Source: Octopus vulgaris (lineage: Eukaryota). From it: a stretch of DNA of 64,000 bases. Below, in pieces: positions 13,991-28,579 of the stretch (within the stretch, counting starts at the first letter, position 1; each line of letters begins with the position of its first letter). The position numbers and the translations under genes were made by a program. The stretch spans positions 14,198,001 to 14,262,000 of the forward strand of contig OX597814.1 of the NCBI GenBank assembly GCA_951406725.2, given 5' to 3'. The notes under the pieces are model-generated. The model did not search any database. It had not been told where the DNA came from and was given only the letters and a program-made list of their open reading frames with translations.

Positions 13991-14310
13991 AGGTAAGTGT
14001 AACCTCTCGAAAGAGCTGTTCTTCACTCCTGCTCCAGAGCGTCGACTGCGGGGTCATTCCGAAAAGCTCTACCTGCGACGATTTCATCTCAATCGAAGGA
14101 GAGGAGCTTTCTCCGTCCGGGTTGCGGATCCGTGGAACAAGCTGCCAGACGAGATGGTGAAGATGCCGACGACTGCTTTGTTCAAAGCCTCCCTTGACCT
14201 CAAGTGGCCTGAACTCTTTACATGAACACCACCCTGTACTTAACTCCATGTCCCCCTACATGGCCTTGCTATTTGCTTTTGAGCCAAATTAACTAACTAA
14301 CTAAACTAAT
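13991..14310 (+). mobile_element. CR1-group LINE 3' end (5'-truncated)
   Basis: Translates GKCNLSKELFF..RLRGHSEKLY..FSVRVADPWNKLPDEMV..FKASLDLKW, then stop, 3' UTR and (AACT)n tail. Confidence 0.85.
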
Positions 14311-14382
14311 AGATTACTAGGGCTCCAGGTCTATAGCCGAGATGGTAATTATGGAGCCATTGCAGATTTCTGATATAGCATA

Positions 14383-14888
14383 TATATAATTGTTAAAAAG
14401 ATCAACAAACGTTAAGGCAAGGTAAACACCTCGAGTCATATACATTATTATTAATATTATTGGAAGAAAATTCAATGTCTTACAACTGTTTCTGGGATAT
14501 CCCAGAGTATGGGCTATTCCGTCATCGGAGACAAATAGGGAAAATCAGAAAGGTATAGAAAAAGAAGGCCTTCAATCTCGTCGTCCGGATAAGTTAATTT
14601 GCTTTGTGAATTAATAGGAGAAAAGATTTTTGAGAGGGAATGGGTTGATCCTCTAGTAAGATGCCGAGAAATCTTTTGCCCATAGTGAGCGGTACCTATA
14701 TTGAGTTCTCTGCGCGGCAATTTATACAAAATATTCGAGTTTATTTCGCAAGTGATCTAAACGACTAAGTACATGGAATATGTGGGCAACAAGTTTGTAT
14801 AAAAATATTTTCTTCAAAACTTAATAACGTATATGACTTGAGATATCTGCCTTGCATCAACGTTTGTTGTCCTCTTTAACAATTATGT
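14383..14888 (-). mobile_element. Fold-back PLE terminus
   Basis: About 14385-14472 is a diverged inverted copy of about 14801-14888; hammerhead motif at 14476-14533; TA/TG flanks. Confidence 0.7.
14476..14533 (-). ncRNA. Minimal type I hammerhead ribozyme-like motif (CCGAUGA core)
   Basis: UGUCU-CCGAUGA-C-GGAAUA..UAUCC-CA-GAAA-CAGUUG-UA-AGACA: stem I UGUCU/AGACA, near-palindromic stem III, GUA cleavage triplet. Confidence 0.7.
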
Positions 14889-16112
14889 ATGTGTGTGTGT
14901 GTATGTGTGTGTGTGTATGTATGTATGTATGTTTGGATGGACGGATGGATGGACGGACGGACAGATGTAAATGACGTGATTTATTGAAGTAGAAAGCCTT
15001 CACAAACTAATAGGTAGATATAAAAAAATGCAAAGGTTCATAAATATTTATAAAGCATGCAATGATTATGATTTTAGCAATCATCAAGTAAACAATTCAT
15101 TCTAGACAGGAAATTGAAAAAAATCAAAATTAATGGAATATGTGGCAACAAGACTGAAGTTTGTAGAAAAATAATATCAACATGTAAACATGTGAAGTAA
15201 ATAAAAAGAAAACAAAACAGAATGATATAAATCACATAAGATATTATTGTTGTGACTAAATAAATAGGTAGATGGGAAAGCAGCTCTTCGTTTTTAGTGT
15301 TTGAATAGCATCTTGAGCACCATTTAAGGTGTGATATGAGAAATCTTATGTGAGACTCACATAAGCCTTATGGAAAGTCAGCATCCGTTGGGTGTTGTAA
15401 TATGAAGTTTAAGTAATATTGTGTTTATAGTTAAATATTTTCGTGGTTTAATAATAATTTTGAATATCAACAACGTCAAGTTGTCTAAAACTGAAAAAAA
15501 TCAAATCAACTTCAGAATGGCAAAATTTGGCAAGGGCTTCATGTCAGCGTGGTTTGCATTATTCAACATATTTAAAATGCATTCTACATATGCAAGAAAC
15601 TTAGGGGAAAGCTTATACATTGTGGATTATGTTCTAATTTAATACTACAACACACACATATATGGGAGTGTCTGCATGCATGTGTGTATTCGTTGTAGTG
15701 ATATTAAATTGTCATCGTTCCAGTATAAAAGTTCTTTACGCTTTGTTTCCATCGCGTACTTTTCTATATGTACGTTTTGAACTTGTTGCATACTGTAACG
15801 TGTGAGTGTTAGCGCAAACATATGTCTGTTTGTGTGTGTGAGTAAGCGGATGTGAGTATAAGTCGGAACACTGGTGTTACCGAATTCTCTCTATCAATGA
15901 CCCGAGTGTCTCCAACTAACTGTCGTTGTAAAAGGGAGAACATGCTCTCTTAAGACATACAGTAGAGCAAACATTCTATTTCGCTTCTTGATCTGTCAAG
16001 CGGTGTTAAGGATATATATGTAAATATTAGTTCTAGATTTCGCTCTACACGGCGCACTTAACGGTTTATGAAGACATACAGACATATATATACATCATTT
16101 ATATGTGTGTAA

Positions 16113-16176
<64 letters not shown>

Positions 16177-16362
16177 GTATATATTGTGCGAGAGTATGTA
16201 TCGATGCATGTAAATCATATTTATAATGCTTGTTTAGGAAATTATTTCTATATGTTTGCGTTATTGTTTAAAATCAGACATTAACACTAATCATTCCAAC
16301 TTAAGCAAGTTTCAATGCACAGTGACTTTTAGAAATAAATTTAAGCGTAAAGGAGTAAGAAC

Positions 16363-16420
<58 letters not shown>

Positions 16421-16426
<6 letters not shown>

Positions 16427-17960
16427 TATCTATATGTCGAGTCCTTTCCTGTGGACAGCGTTTTGTATCGCTGCAGTAGTTCTGCCGTCAAAGTATGGTA
16501 GCTTTAGGAAGCATATGCCGGACTTGGAAGTATAATCGTTCTTCCAGGGTTTATTGACCTTGATATTCTTTAGGTGCCGTTGTTTATCTAAGGATGGTGG
16601 ATAGTCATTCAGGTTTAGGTCTCTGAGGAACATCTGGTGTTAACGGCTTTGTCGGTCACGTTGCTACAATTGAGGTTTCTATGTGCAATCTCGTTTCTCA
16701 CGTCTGCGGCTATGGCCCTGGTGGGTAAGGCTGATTGGTAGTGGACGAAAAGTTTTCCATTAGAGGCTTTTCTGTAGAATTTGGTAAATATGGAGCCTTC
16801 CTTTGTGATCTTGAGTTGAAAGTCGAGTAGAGAGAGGGTTCCGGATTCGTCTCGATGTTCAATCGCGAATTTGATGCTTATGTCATGTTATTGAAGGTCC
16901 GGTATATGTTAATGGCCCTGTACCGGAAGGACGTGATGACAAGGACGTCATCAACATACCTGGAGAAGAAGATGCATGAGCCGCAGGTGTTGAGTGCTGT
17001 GCATTCTAGCTTATCAATGTACGTGATGGCCAGCAGGCACGAAAGGCTAGATCCTATAGGTAGGCCGGAAGTCTGTTTGTAAATCTCACCTTCATATTTG
17101 AAGTAGGTGTTACCAAATATAATGGTTAGTAACTCTCGTATGTGCAAGGACGTGAGGCCGAAAAGCTGGAGGTTGATCGATGGGGAGATGAAAGAAGATT
17201 AAGGGTAAGATGGGGAGGAGGAAGTTGCACGAGAAGGAGGAAGAGTTAGGGAGGGAGGTGACGGGTAAGGAGATGTGGGGTAGATAAGGATGTGATGTGG
17301 TCTATGAGGATATCAACGTCAGGGAGAGAGGGTACAGAGGTGTAGAGGGAAACTACGTCTAAACTAAAAGGGTATTTGCTAGTTTTAAGTATGGAGGAGT
17401 CGATATATTTGGGTCTTATGAAGATTTCATGGGAGCTGCTGACGTGTCCGGGGAATGCGTGTAGTAAGGGTGTCGGGAGTCTAGACAGGAGCCATGAAAT
17501 CTTATAGAAAGGAACGTTAATTCCTGATACTATGGGTCTCATTTTAAGCTTACGTCCGGGTTTGTGGATTTTTATTAAATGGTAGAAGGATGGAAGGGTG
17601 GTTTCTTTTATTTGTAGTTCAGTCTATCTCTCTTAGAGAGATTCCTTCGGTGACAGATGCTGGTCCAGCTGATGTTGATGATGGACTCCAGTTGGTGAGA
17701 TATGATATTGTGGACCTTTTCGTATAGTGTTTTGTCACTGAGGTGTTCGATGACTAGTTTGTTGTATGTGGGTTTGTATACAGTGCATAATTCTTTCCCT
17801 TTGTCTGAAAGTATGTAGATGAGGTTTTTGTTTCTTAAGTTTTGCAAGGTCGGGTATTGGGATTTAGTAATGTTGCGTGATGGGGAAGGGCGTTTATCTA
17901 ATATGTTTGATTTGTTTTAGTCTAGGTAGTTTGGTGTTGATTTTAGGGTTGTGAGGATAC
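16421..17960 (-). mobile_element. Penelope-like retroelement RT/thumb region, pseudogenised
   Basis: Frameshifted pieces with PLE RT motifs: ILSDKG, MRPIVS, FSLDVVSLYTSVP, YKQTSGLPIGSSLS, RYVDD, LLDFQL..FYRK, LKLPY; the 3' end abuts (TA)n. Confidence 0.9.
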
Positions 17961-18246
17961 ATCTGGAAGCATTTCAGTGAATAACGATTTCAATATTCAA
18001 TGGGCAACGATTCCACAAACTTTGAATTAAATAGGATTTAAGAGATTCTATTAAGTGGTGCCTTTAATTTCGACCTGGTCTGGGCACAATTTTTGCCTAA
18101 CTATATCTAAGTTTAAGGTGTTTATAAGTTGTTTCGATCAATTGACTGCGGCCGTGTTGGAGCACTACCTTATATATATGTATATATATATATATATACT
18201 TACTTGAAAATGGATGTCTCGTTCAATTAAACAATAAATAATATAT

Positions 18247-19166
<920 letters not shown>

Positions 19167-20253
19167 GTATGTATGTATATTATACGCAAAACAGACACAC
19201 ATGCTACCATTCTTACAAATGTTTATAGGGAGGCGTGTTGATAAAAGATTGTATGATTTTTGGAGCTAGACGTAATTACATATTAGCAAGATTTTGAATA
19301 AAGTTATTTTCTAAGTTTAGAGTTTTATATGATCAGAAGTGTATGTACGAGTCTGCACTCATTAATTGAAACGGTGGGTATTAGTAACTCATGATTATTT
19401 AATATCTGCATTATGATTATGTCAAATTAATGAGTGTATAAAATTAAAAGCGAGGAATTATTTAAAGATTACTGGCTGTAAACGTTAGCAGACACTTCTC
19501 AGATTTATTTTTCATCACTCTGTGAGGAATATTCGACGCGCTTAAGGTCTACATCAGAAATTAAATGTAAATGCTAACGAATTAAGATATTATCTTATAA
19601 TCTTGTCAATGAATTTAATACATTTAGATAAAGGCACAAACAGGTATGAGTGGAAATTAAAAAGATGATGAAAATACGATTAAATTAAAAAATATGAACG
19701 GACAAATAACTTGAAGTAGTGCATAACTTAAAGCCGAAAGGTTGTGTTAGCAACAAACAAGATGAGGAAAATATCCGTCGAATGTAAATAATGTAAATAA
19801 TGTTATGTATGTATAGTTATACATGTACACATTCATATATGAGGGCATGATTTTGTGCTTGTGTAATTGATAAGAATCTCCAGTTATTCATCATTGACAG
19901 ATCATCATAATGATATGGTTCCCAGTTAATACACTTTGTCCAGCTTTGTAAGATATTAACCTAATCACATGCAAACCGATTTAAATATGTGAAGCATTGA
20001 TAAGTTTTCTTTCACTAGTTTCCCCGACACCGGTTAATCTCTGCTTCGTCAGTGTCATATATATCATCACATATTGTCAATAGATACCGTCTCTTTTGTA
20101 CTACATAGAGGAATAATATATAAATGCATATGTGTTCCGTATGTAGACAATGAGGCAGAAGCTGTGCATATATATTCATTAATACACGCACATACATACA
20201 TGTATATATATATATATCTATATATATATATATATATATATATATTTGAAATT

Positions 20254-20283
<30 letters not shown>

Positions 20284-20284
<1 letters not shown>

Positions 20285-20660
20285 TTATAAATATGGATAA
20301 TATCGATATTATCAAGTGGCCAGCATGGGAATAAATACCATCGAAAGGTAATAATTTTTCACAACTATAAATAAGGGTATCTGAGAGACACCACCATACC
20401 GAAATAACAGTCAAACCCTGACTCCAAAAACCACCTCTCAGGGACCCTTATTTATATTTGTAGAAAATTATTACCGTTTTATGGTATTTATTCCCATGCT
20501 GGCCACTTGATAATATTGATATTTAAATATCGATATTATCCTTATTTATAAATTTATATAATTTGTCACTATATTCACTGCTGTGTTTATTTTGACCATA
20601 TCGCGTTTACGAGTTAGTTGGCGGGCAATTTAAGTCTGGCCTTGTACATACGTGCATATA
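20284..20660. mobile_element. Fold-back PLE terminal fragment
   Basis: 20284-20387 is an inverted copy of about 20434-20555; 20366-20435 is the reverse complement of about 20905-20978 in the neighbouring hammerhead-bearing copy. Confidence 0.7.
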
Positions 20661-20722
20661 TATGTAAGTTTGGACGTTCGTATATGTAAGTATAACGTGT
20701 GTTCTGTATATATATACATATA

Positions 20723-20765
<43 letters not shown>

Positions 20766-20786
20766 ATTTATGTGCTAATGTGGTAT

Positions 20787-20845
20787 ATTCAACAGACGAA
20801 AGCAGAGCTTATTTGAAGCAAAGCTAGAAATCCAGGATCTTGAAT
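20787..20845 (+). ncRNA. Minimal type I hammerhead-like motif (CAGACGA core) in a TA-flanked PLE terminus (about 20765-20985)
   Basis: AUUCAA-CAGACGA-A-AGC..GCU-A-GAAA-UCCAGGA-UC-UUGAAU: 6 bp stem I, stem III AUCC/GGAU, AUC triplet. Confidence 0.65.
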
Positions 20846-21543
20846 TATCCAGTAATATCTTTTTGCTAGTATATTTTGTCTCTCTGGTGCGATATGAACA
20901 TTTTAGGTGGTTTTTAAAGTCAGGGTTTGACTGCCATTTCGGCAAGATGATGTCTCTCAGATACCCTTATCTATAGTTATATATATAGACTTCAAATTTT
21001 TAGAGATGTAAAAACGAAGTGTAGGAACAGCAACCAAGTGTATTAATTTGACGGTCGGGAAAAGTGGAAAAGTCTGAGCCTACGCTCTTCGACAGAAAAG
21101 AATAAGAGAAAACAAATAGAGACAGAATGAAAACAACATGCTGAGTTCAGTGGTCCAAGAGTTACGAAATGGAGTAGGAAAGATCAGGATTACATATGTT
21201 ACCTAGCGTGCGGAACCTCAGAAGTGATAAAATCCAAGTGAGTTGTATACTGCCGGATACTCTTTCGGCCAAGGATGTCTTGATTAGATTAACGTTCACA
21301 TTGTCGTAAGGAGATACGTGTACACGCAAGGAAGATGCAATCAGAATGTATGGAGAGCACAGTAGTGTTCACTCTACACATTCTCCGGTCATTCCACAAT
21401 CCATTTTTGGTATTTCGTTTCTCATGTCGTTTACGCTTTATGACGTCCTGTACTCATATTTGCATGTGCATATACATATGTATGTAAGTATGCGCATATA
21501 TGTATGTATACATACATATATGTATGCATAGATATATGTATCC

Positions 21544-21592
21544 ACCTTAGTGATGTGCTGGAAAGAAATGCAAATGTAAGTATGTATGCATT

Positions 21593-21645
<53 letters not shown>

Positions 21646-21805
21646 CGTCACACATTTGTGACCTCTACAGCGACAATCTGTGTCCTCGCGTATGCCCCAT
21701 GCGCAGCTGGCCCTCAAACCTCATACGCTGCAATCTACCTTAGTGATGTGCTGGAAAGATATGGAAATGTATGGATGTATGTATGTATGTATATATGTAT
21801 GTATG

Positions 21806-21854
<49 letters not shown>

Positions 21855-21962
21855 CATACATATATATGTATATATATATATGTATATAAATGTATACATA
21901 TATTTATTTCGTCACACATTTGTGACCTCTACACCGACAATCTGTGTCCTCGCGTATGCCCC
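21544..21962. repeat. Local tandem duplication with a TA microsatellite inside each unit
   Basis: ACCTTAGTGATGTGCTGGAAAG and TATTTCGTCACACATTTGTGACCTCTAC..GTCCTCGCGTATGCCCC each occur twice. Confidence 0.8.
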
Positions 21963-22162
21963 TACTCCGCTTAATTCATTCTGTTTTTCTATAGATTTCC
22001 GAACAATGCGCATGAGTTAAAATAATAATAGCAATAAACGCGTGAAGAACGAATATATAGAACATGTGTTTTTAGCAAAAAGCAAATGACCATCCCGAAA
22101 TACAATAATATATATAAATATATATATATATATATATGCTTACATACATACATATATATGCT

Positions 22163-22199
<37 letters not shown>

Positions 22200-22205
<6 letters not shown>

Positions 22206-22443
22206 AATATTAGGGAATAAATCCAAATTTACAGGGAAAAAAATCAGATTTAGGATTAAATCCAATTTTATAGTAAAATATTATATAATATTAATTAGAG
22301 ACAAAACCACTATTTTGCAAAACAAACAAGGAAAGACTTAATCAATACATAAGATTTGACTTTTTTTTGACTTTTTATTAAAATCTTATGTATTGATTAA
22401 GTCTTTCCTTGTTTGTTTTGCAAAGTAGTGGTTTTGTCTCTAA

Positions 22444-22454
<11 letters not shown>
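22200..22454 (-). mobile_element. Fold-back PLE terminus, same family as 57765-58270
   Basis: Arms about 22284-22357 and 22381-22454 are inverted; sequence homologous to 58120-58270; TA tracts on both sides. Confidence 0.75.
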
Positions 22455-22487
<33 letters not shown>

Positions 22488-22489
22488 TT

Positions 22490-22521
<32 letters not shown>

Positions 22522-22545
22522 GCTTACATATGTATATATATATAT

Positions 22546-22746
22546 CGCCATGATAGATCGTTAGCCACTACACACATTTTTTTCTCTCCTTGTTTCTCTC
22601 CTTGTTTTATCTATGTCCCTTTCTATAGAAGAGCGTAGGCTCGAAACGTAAAATACTTTTTCTATTCCTGAGCGTTATACTAATACTTCTGTTTGTTTTG
22701 TACACCACCTGTCTTCGTCTTTCGTTTTTTTCGTAAACTCTCCCTA
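22546..22746 (+). mobile_element. Short TA-flanked PLE-like terminus with degenerate hammerhead motif at 22618-22653
   Basis: UUU-CUAUAGAA-GAGC-GUAG-GCUC-GAAA-CG-UA-AAA; related minus-strand copy at about 21000-21170 (CTGTCGAAGAGCGTAGGCTC). Confidence 0.55.
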
Positions 22747-23930
22747 TATATAGATATATTCAGCTTAGGAAAGGGTAAGCAACGTTTTGAAACAGGAAAT
22801 TCATCACAATATATTTCAAGAATTTCAAGAACTTCATAACCAACTTCCCTCAAATTCTAGAGCGTCGTTAGTGAAACGTGTGGTTAAGCATTGGAGCTTA
22901 ATTTTCGTCCAACCACTGCGAAGAAAGATTTCTATTATTGTATAGAATCCACTTTTTATCGCAAGTTACAACACGGTCGAGAAACTGATTGGCCTGGTCA
23001 CAGAGTAGAAGCGACGAGCACATTTCATATCTGCACATTTTCTGCTTTTCATGCAAATCGGACTATTATGATTTTCCATGTTAGTGGTGGGCTTAGTTCT
23101 ATTACTTGGCTGTCTTTTTATCGTTATAGTTTCATACAATTTGTCTAGTTCTTAGATTATTTCTTGTGGCTATTATTGTGGCTATGGTATTCTTGTGGCT
23201 ATTATTGTGGCCTATTCTGATTTTATTCCTAAATAATTCTGTGTATTCAATATTAACGTTTAGGTGTTTATCTATGTTTTTCATTAATGAGCGAACTATG
23301 TTCTTATTTGAAGTGCATGGTGCATGGGATTACGAGTCAGATTTTATCACTATTTTGTTTATGTTTTGTGTTGTTTTTTTCTAGTATAGAAGCTATCCTT
23401 CATGTTTGTGATTCGTGTAAATTTATGGTTGTATGTATCTTGGTTATATACACAGTTAGGTTTCATTTTCGTGTTACTTTTGTCTGTGCTATTGGTGTTA
23501 TTATCGTATGGTTCATGTAGGTTAGAAGGCTTGGTTTTATTACTATTAACAGAGTTCATATTGGTTCGTTGGGTGACTTTAGTTTTATTGGTACCGATGT
23601 GTAGGTTTATACTATTATGTTTGTAGCTAATGTTATTTTGGGACTTATTTGCGTACTTCGTGTTATTAGTTTCCTTAATATTGTTTATATTATTTAAAAT
23701 CCCTCTGCCGGTATTAGTGTTGTGATTATTTTTGTTGTTATTAGTGGTTTGTGTATGAGACTTAGCGTTGTTCATATTGGTGTTGTTGCTCTTGGGGTCA
23801 TCAGTAGTGTTCTTATTGTTAGTGTAGTTTGTGGAGGTGCATGGTGTGTGGTTGGTATTAGTGAGTGGATTCCTGTTATTTGGCTACCTGTAAGGTGATT
23901 AGATCCAAGGTATTTGATTTTTTGTTTAAA

Positions 23931-24012
<82 letters not shown>

Positions 24013-24598
24013 CAGTTGCTTCGTTGCTTCACTTAAGAAAATAGCATTGTTCAGTAATAGCCATCACCTGTTTTTAAATCATACTAAAGATAAAAAATGT
24101 GAACTACATGTGTATTAAACCAATAGTAAATAGCAAATAAAAGCAGAAACGTCTATTCATCCCGACATAAACATAAATGCGATATAGTTGATGTGCTCAT
24201 CTTCTTATTCTTTTTATATTATATGCTTAGTTTCTTATTATTGATGTCTCGTGCATTAATGCCTCGAACAATATTTTCCCAGATTTCTATCCTTGAAGAA
24301 ATTGGTTTTGTCAGCCTCATGTGAAGCTGTTCTTGATGTCAATAGAAGCTGTAAAAAGTAATGTAATGGAAGAAACAAAATGATTTGTTAAGATGGTTTT
24401 GTAGATACGCTTGGTTGAATACAAAAAAAGTATGTGAATCAATGTACGAACAATATTTCCATAAATATGTAACTCGAATCCTCATGCAGATGAAATACAT
24501 ATTTGCAATAATCTTAATAGCATTCTTTATATATTTGTGTGCGTGTATGAGTGTGTGTTTGTGTGTATACATACATATATATATGTATATACATATAA

Positions 24599-24636
<38 letters not shown>

Positions 24637-24713
24637 TAATCAATATAGGGTAGCAAAAAATTCAATAGAAATCTGTTCGCCACCAGTGGTCTAGTGAGAA
24701 AGAGAAAATAGTC

Positions 24714-24745
<32 letters not shown>

Positions 24746-25604
24746 ATGAATTACCAGTGAAAGTGATCTGAAACGTAAATTAGTATATCCGACTAGATAA
24801 TTCAAGAAGTATTTTGGTATGAAAATAATTGGCTCTGACTCTGTCAAAAGGTGAAGTATCTATCAAAATATAGTACAAGGAATAACACAATAAAACAAAC
24901 ATACAGCCAGTTCTACAGACTATTCGACATGGAGAGATAGGAGGAAGAAAGTTTACGCATGTGCTTTTACGTGATGGTCATGTTCTTTGATTCAGGTTGT
25001 AATGAAAGGTAATGCGCGCATATGTTTTATATAAATGTGCTCTGAATAGGTGAATACTTTCGGTATACATTTGTATTATTGCTTATATATATATATATAT
25101 ATATTTGTGTGTGTATGTGTGTGTGTGTACGTGTTCTTTATATTTTTAGGTGTTTCAGTTATTTGAATGCGGCCATGCAGAAGCACCTGTTTTAGTCGAA
25201 GAAATCGACCCCAGGACTAATGCTTTGTAATCCCACAGTGCTTATGAAATTGGTCTGTTGCCGAGCCGCTATGCTACAGGGAAGTAACATCGGTTGTCAG
25301 GCGATGTTTGGGGTGGCGAGCAAGCTTCTTGCCACAGAGTGGGGGAAAGAAAACTTCTTGCCACATAGCCACTCCTGCGCCTGCGGTGCCCCAGCATGGC
25401 CGCGGCCTTCGGGCTAAAACATTTTTAAGGATTTAAGGATATACATTTAAATAAACATTTAAATAATGAGGGAGATAAATTGAAAATTAATTTAATTAAT
25501 ATCAATTTAAAACCAGTAGCCTAGCATACAAAATCTGAAGAATCAGAGAAAATTCTAATACATTTAGCCCTTTAAATTATATATATATATATACATATAT
25601 ATAA

Positions 25605-25707
<103 letters not shown>

Positions 25708-26045
25708 TATATATATATATATATATATTATAGATATATATATAGATCAAACCTGTACACTTACGCACAAGTAGAGACATACACACGTAGAGACATACAG
25801 ACGTACACGTACACACGTAGCGAATTAATAGGAGCAATGGTTGTCTGAGAAGGGACAGGCAGAAGCAAATAGGCTTCGATAGATTTGAGCATAGAAAGAA
25901 AAATATTGTGCGAATAATATGGGATTGGAATATAGCAGCGAGAAAGACAAAAAGAGAGTGTGTGTATGTGTGAATGAGTGAGTGAGAACCGGATAGACAG
26001 TGGTGGAGACACTGACAGACAAAATAACAGGAAGAGATAGGTTAA

Positions 26046-26282
26046 GGCGGCGGGCTGACAGAAAAGTTAGCGCGCCGGGTGAAATGGTTAGCGGTATTTC
26101 GTCTGCCGTTACGTTCTGAGTTCAAATTCCGCCGAGGTCGACTTTGCCTTTCATCCTTTCGCGGTCGATTAAATAAGTACCAGATACGCACTAGTGTCGA
26201 TGTAATCGACCTAATCCGTTTGTCTGTCCTTGTTTGTACCCTCTATGTTTAGCCCCGTGAGGGTAATAAAGAAATAGGTATC
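26046..26282 (+). mobile_element. tRNA-derived SINE family A, monomer
   Basis: Homologous to the 8247 unit; head GGCGGCGGGCTG, tail AAAGAAATAGGTA. Confidence 0.85.
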
Positions 26283-26856
26283 TATATCAAGTATTCCTCC
26301 GGCGAAATATTCAACACTGCTGTGAGTGCTATAAAACTGCTACTTCTAGCTCACATACATACCATTAAATATTAGGCGAAAAATTTTAATGACCTGTGAT
26401 TAATATATTTAACAGCTGCACATAGCATGTTTGTCGAGAAATAAGCATTTATAAAGGCATCCACTACAACAAAAGCTTATTTAATTATGGAAGGAAATTT
26501 TCTCGCTTTAATAGATAATATAATCTATAGCACATTTCACTAGAATATTTACAGGTAAACATATACAGATACTTATAAACACACGCACACACACAGATAA
26601 GCTTTACATACGTATGTGTCTGTGTCTGTGAGTGTGCATTGTTATATTTAGGGTGGTAATATGTATTTTTTGTCTACACCAAAATTCGATATCGCGATAC
26701 GTCTATATACTCTAGGGACTTACCTCCCTTTATCACTCATTAAAAACGGTGATTTAGCGGGTTTGTAGTAAATTAAACTCTCACCTTACATCACATTTGT
26801 GACCTCTATTAATTTTGTCTTTAGGTTCTGATTGCTAATAAGTCACACTTTTTATT

Positions 26857-26901
<45 letters not shown>

Positions 26902-26923
26902 GAGAGAGAGAGAGCGAGCGAGC

Positions 26924-26937
<14 letters not shown>

Positions 26938-27015
<78 letters not shown>
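26938..27015. repeat. (GATA)n microsatellite (also at about 55200-55450)
   Basis: Read directly from the sequence. Confidence 0.95.
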
Positions 27016-27255
27016 TAGATATATGCAGTAACAGTATTAACAAAGTTTATTGTATAATTTTCAGTTTCGTCGTTCATTCATCGACGACGTGGTTATATGT
27101 TCTAGAGTCTCATGCCAATTAAATGTCGAAAGCATAATTTTATATGCATTCCAGTTGAGAATACGCTCTCTGCTGCATATAATATACAAAGGAACAAAAG
27201 TAAACGTCTCCAGTTGAAAGATAGTCGTCTGTATTTTCTCCGCTCTCCTCTATAC

Positions 27256-27332
<77 letters not shown>

Positions 27333-28331
27333 AGTATGCTGTGTGTATGTATGTATGCATGTATTTATGTATGTATGTGTGTATGTATGTATATAAAGTT
27401 TCTTGATTTTCGTATCTATGCAGCGCGATCTATATAAACAAGGATGTTACCAAAAATCAATACATCTCTTCAAAAACGTCTTCCCTTCACTGCCTATCTC
27501 ATGGAGATTGAAAATGATGGTTATACATCGCCACCTTAACGTGAAAGTTTCACACTTTATATACACATGCACGTGAATGTGTGTGTGTGTGTATATGTCT
27601 TTGTAGGAATTGGGAATATGATTTAATGAAGTAACTGTTACATTTGGCATAGCAAGTAACAACGTAGATAATCACTTGGGAAACAGAAATTAGAAACACA
27701 TTTAAAATATTGTTTAATATATATTTGTGCTAAAGTGAATGGAGTTTCTGATTGTGTCCAAACCGTTCTCAATATAAGATGACAGAATGTGATTTGTGAG
27801 GAATTTATCTTTCGCTTCAAGTATGAGAGCAATCAAATGAATTGGGTGAAGCTTTATCAGCCTCCTCTTGTCTTTCTTGAATGTGTGTACATATATATAT
27901 ATATATACACACGCGCGAAATGTATATAAGTTTCTATACATCTGCGTGAAAGTATGTCTCTTCCTATCTTTGTTTTGCCTAAGTATGCAATATGGAAATG
28001 GAAGAGATCTTTGAAATTTAAGTTGAGTAAATAAATAGACAGATGTAGGTAAAGAATGGTGAGTAACAGAAACTTTATCAATCAAAAGTGGCAGCAATAT
28101 ATTTCTGAAAATCTAATACAATAATTACAATAAGACTGGAAAGAAAAGCTATGCTACATACATTGCAGTATATTACCTTTGTTCATTACAAATTGCAAGC
28201 CAATCGACAAGAACGATATTTCAGTATACCGAAACGGAACTGGAGCGGAATTTATGTGACTCATCTTGAGAACAGGTGTTGGTGGTGGAAGTGGTATTTC
28301 TGTTGGTGGTGGCGGTGGTGGTGGTGGTGGT

Positions 28332-28578
28332 GGTGGTGGTGGTTTTGGTGGAGTAGGGCAATTTTATAGATTGGAGGTTAATAATTTTCCTAAGGGGGCT
28401 ACATTTAGGGAAATGTTTTTCGAGTAGGGCGAAGATGAGTTTAGGAACTCGAATCCTAACATTAAGAGCAACGGCGTGGTGGAACTAGATAACGTCCTCG
28501 GTTCTTGTTCGTTTAATTCGATTAGGTGGGTTAAATGTGTGTGCACAAGTTTTTGGAGGTGTAGTTTGGTGCATAAGC
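28332..28578 (-). mobile_element. PLE fragment (post-RT linker region), decayed
   Basis: Minus frame KRTRTEDVI*FHHAVALNVRIRVPKLIFALLEKHFPKCSPLRKIINLQSIKLPYS resembles the PLE motif R.R.IIWFNPP..NV...F..L..KHFP...L.KIFN...VK.SYS. Confidence 0.6.
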
Positions 28579-28579
28579 C

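Noticed and set aside
20375-20418. GGGTAT-CTGAGAGA..CGAAA..GTC-AAACCC as a hammerhead
   Set aside because: Stems II and III pair poorly and it is antisense to the better motif of the same family at 20787-20845.
24745-24785. Hammerhead at TAATGA..CTGAAACGTA
   Set aside because: 5' side truncated by TA; core and stem I cannot be verified.
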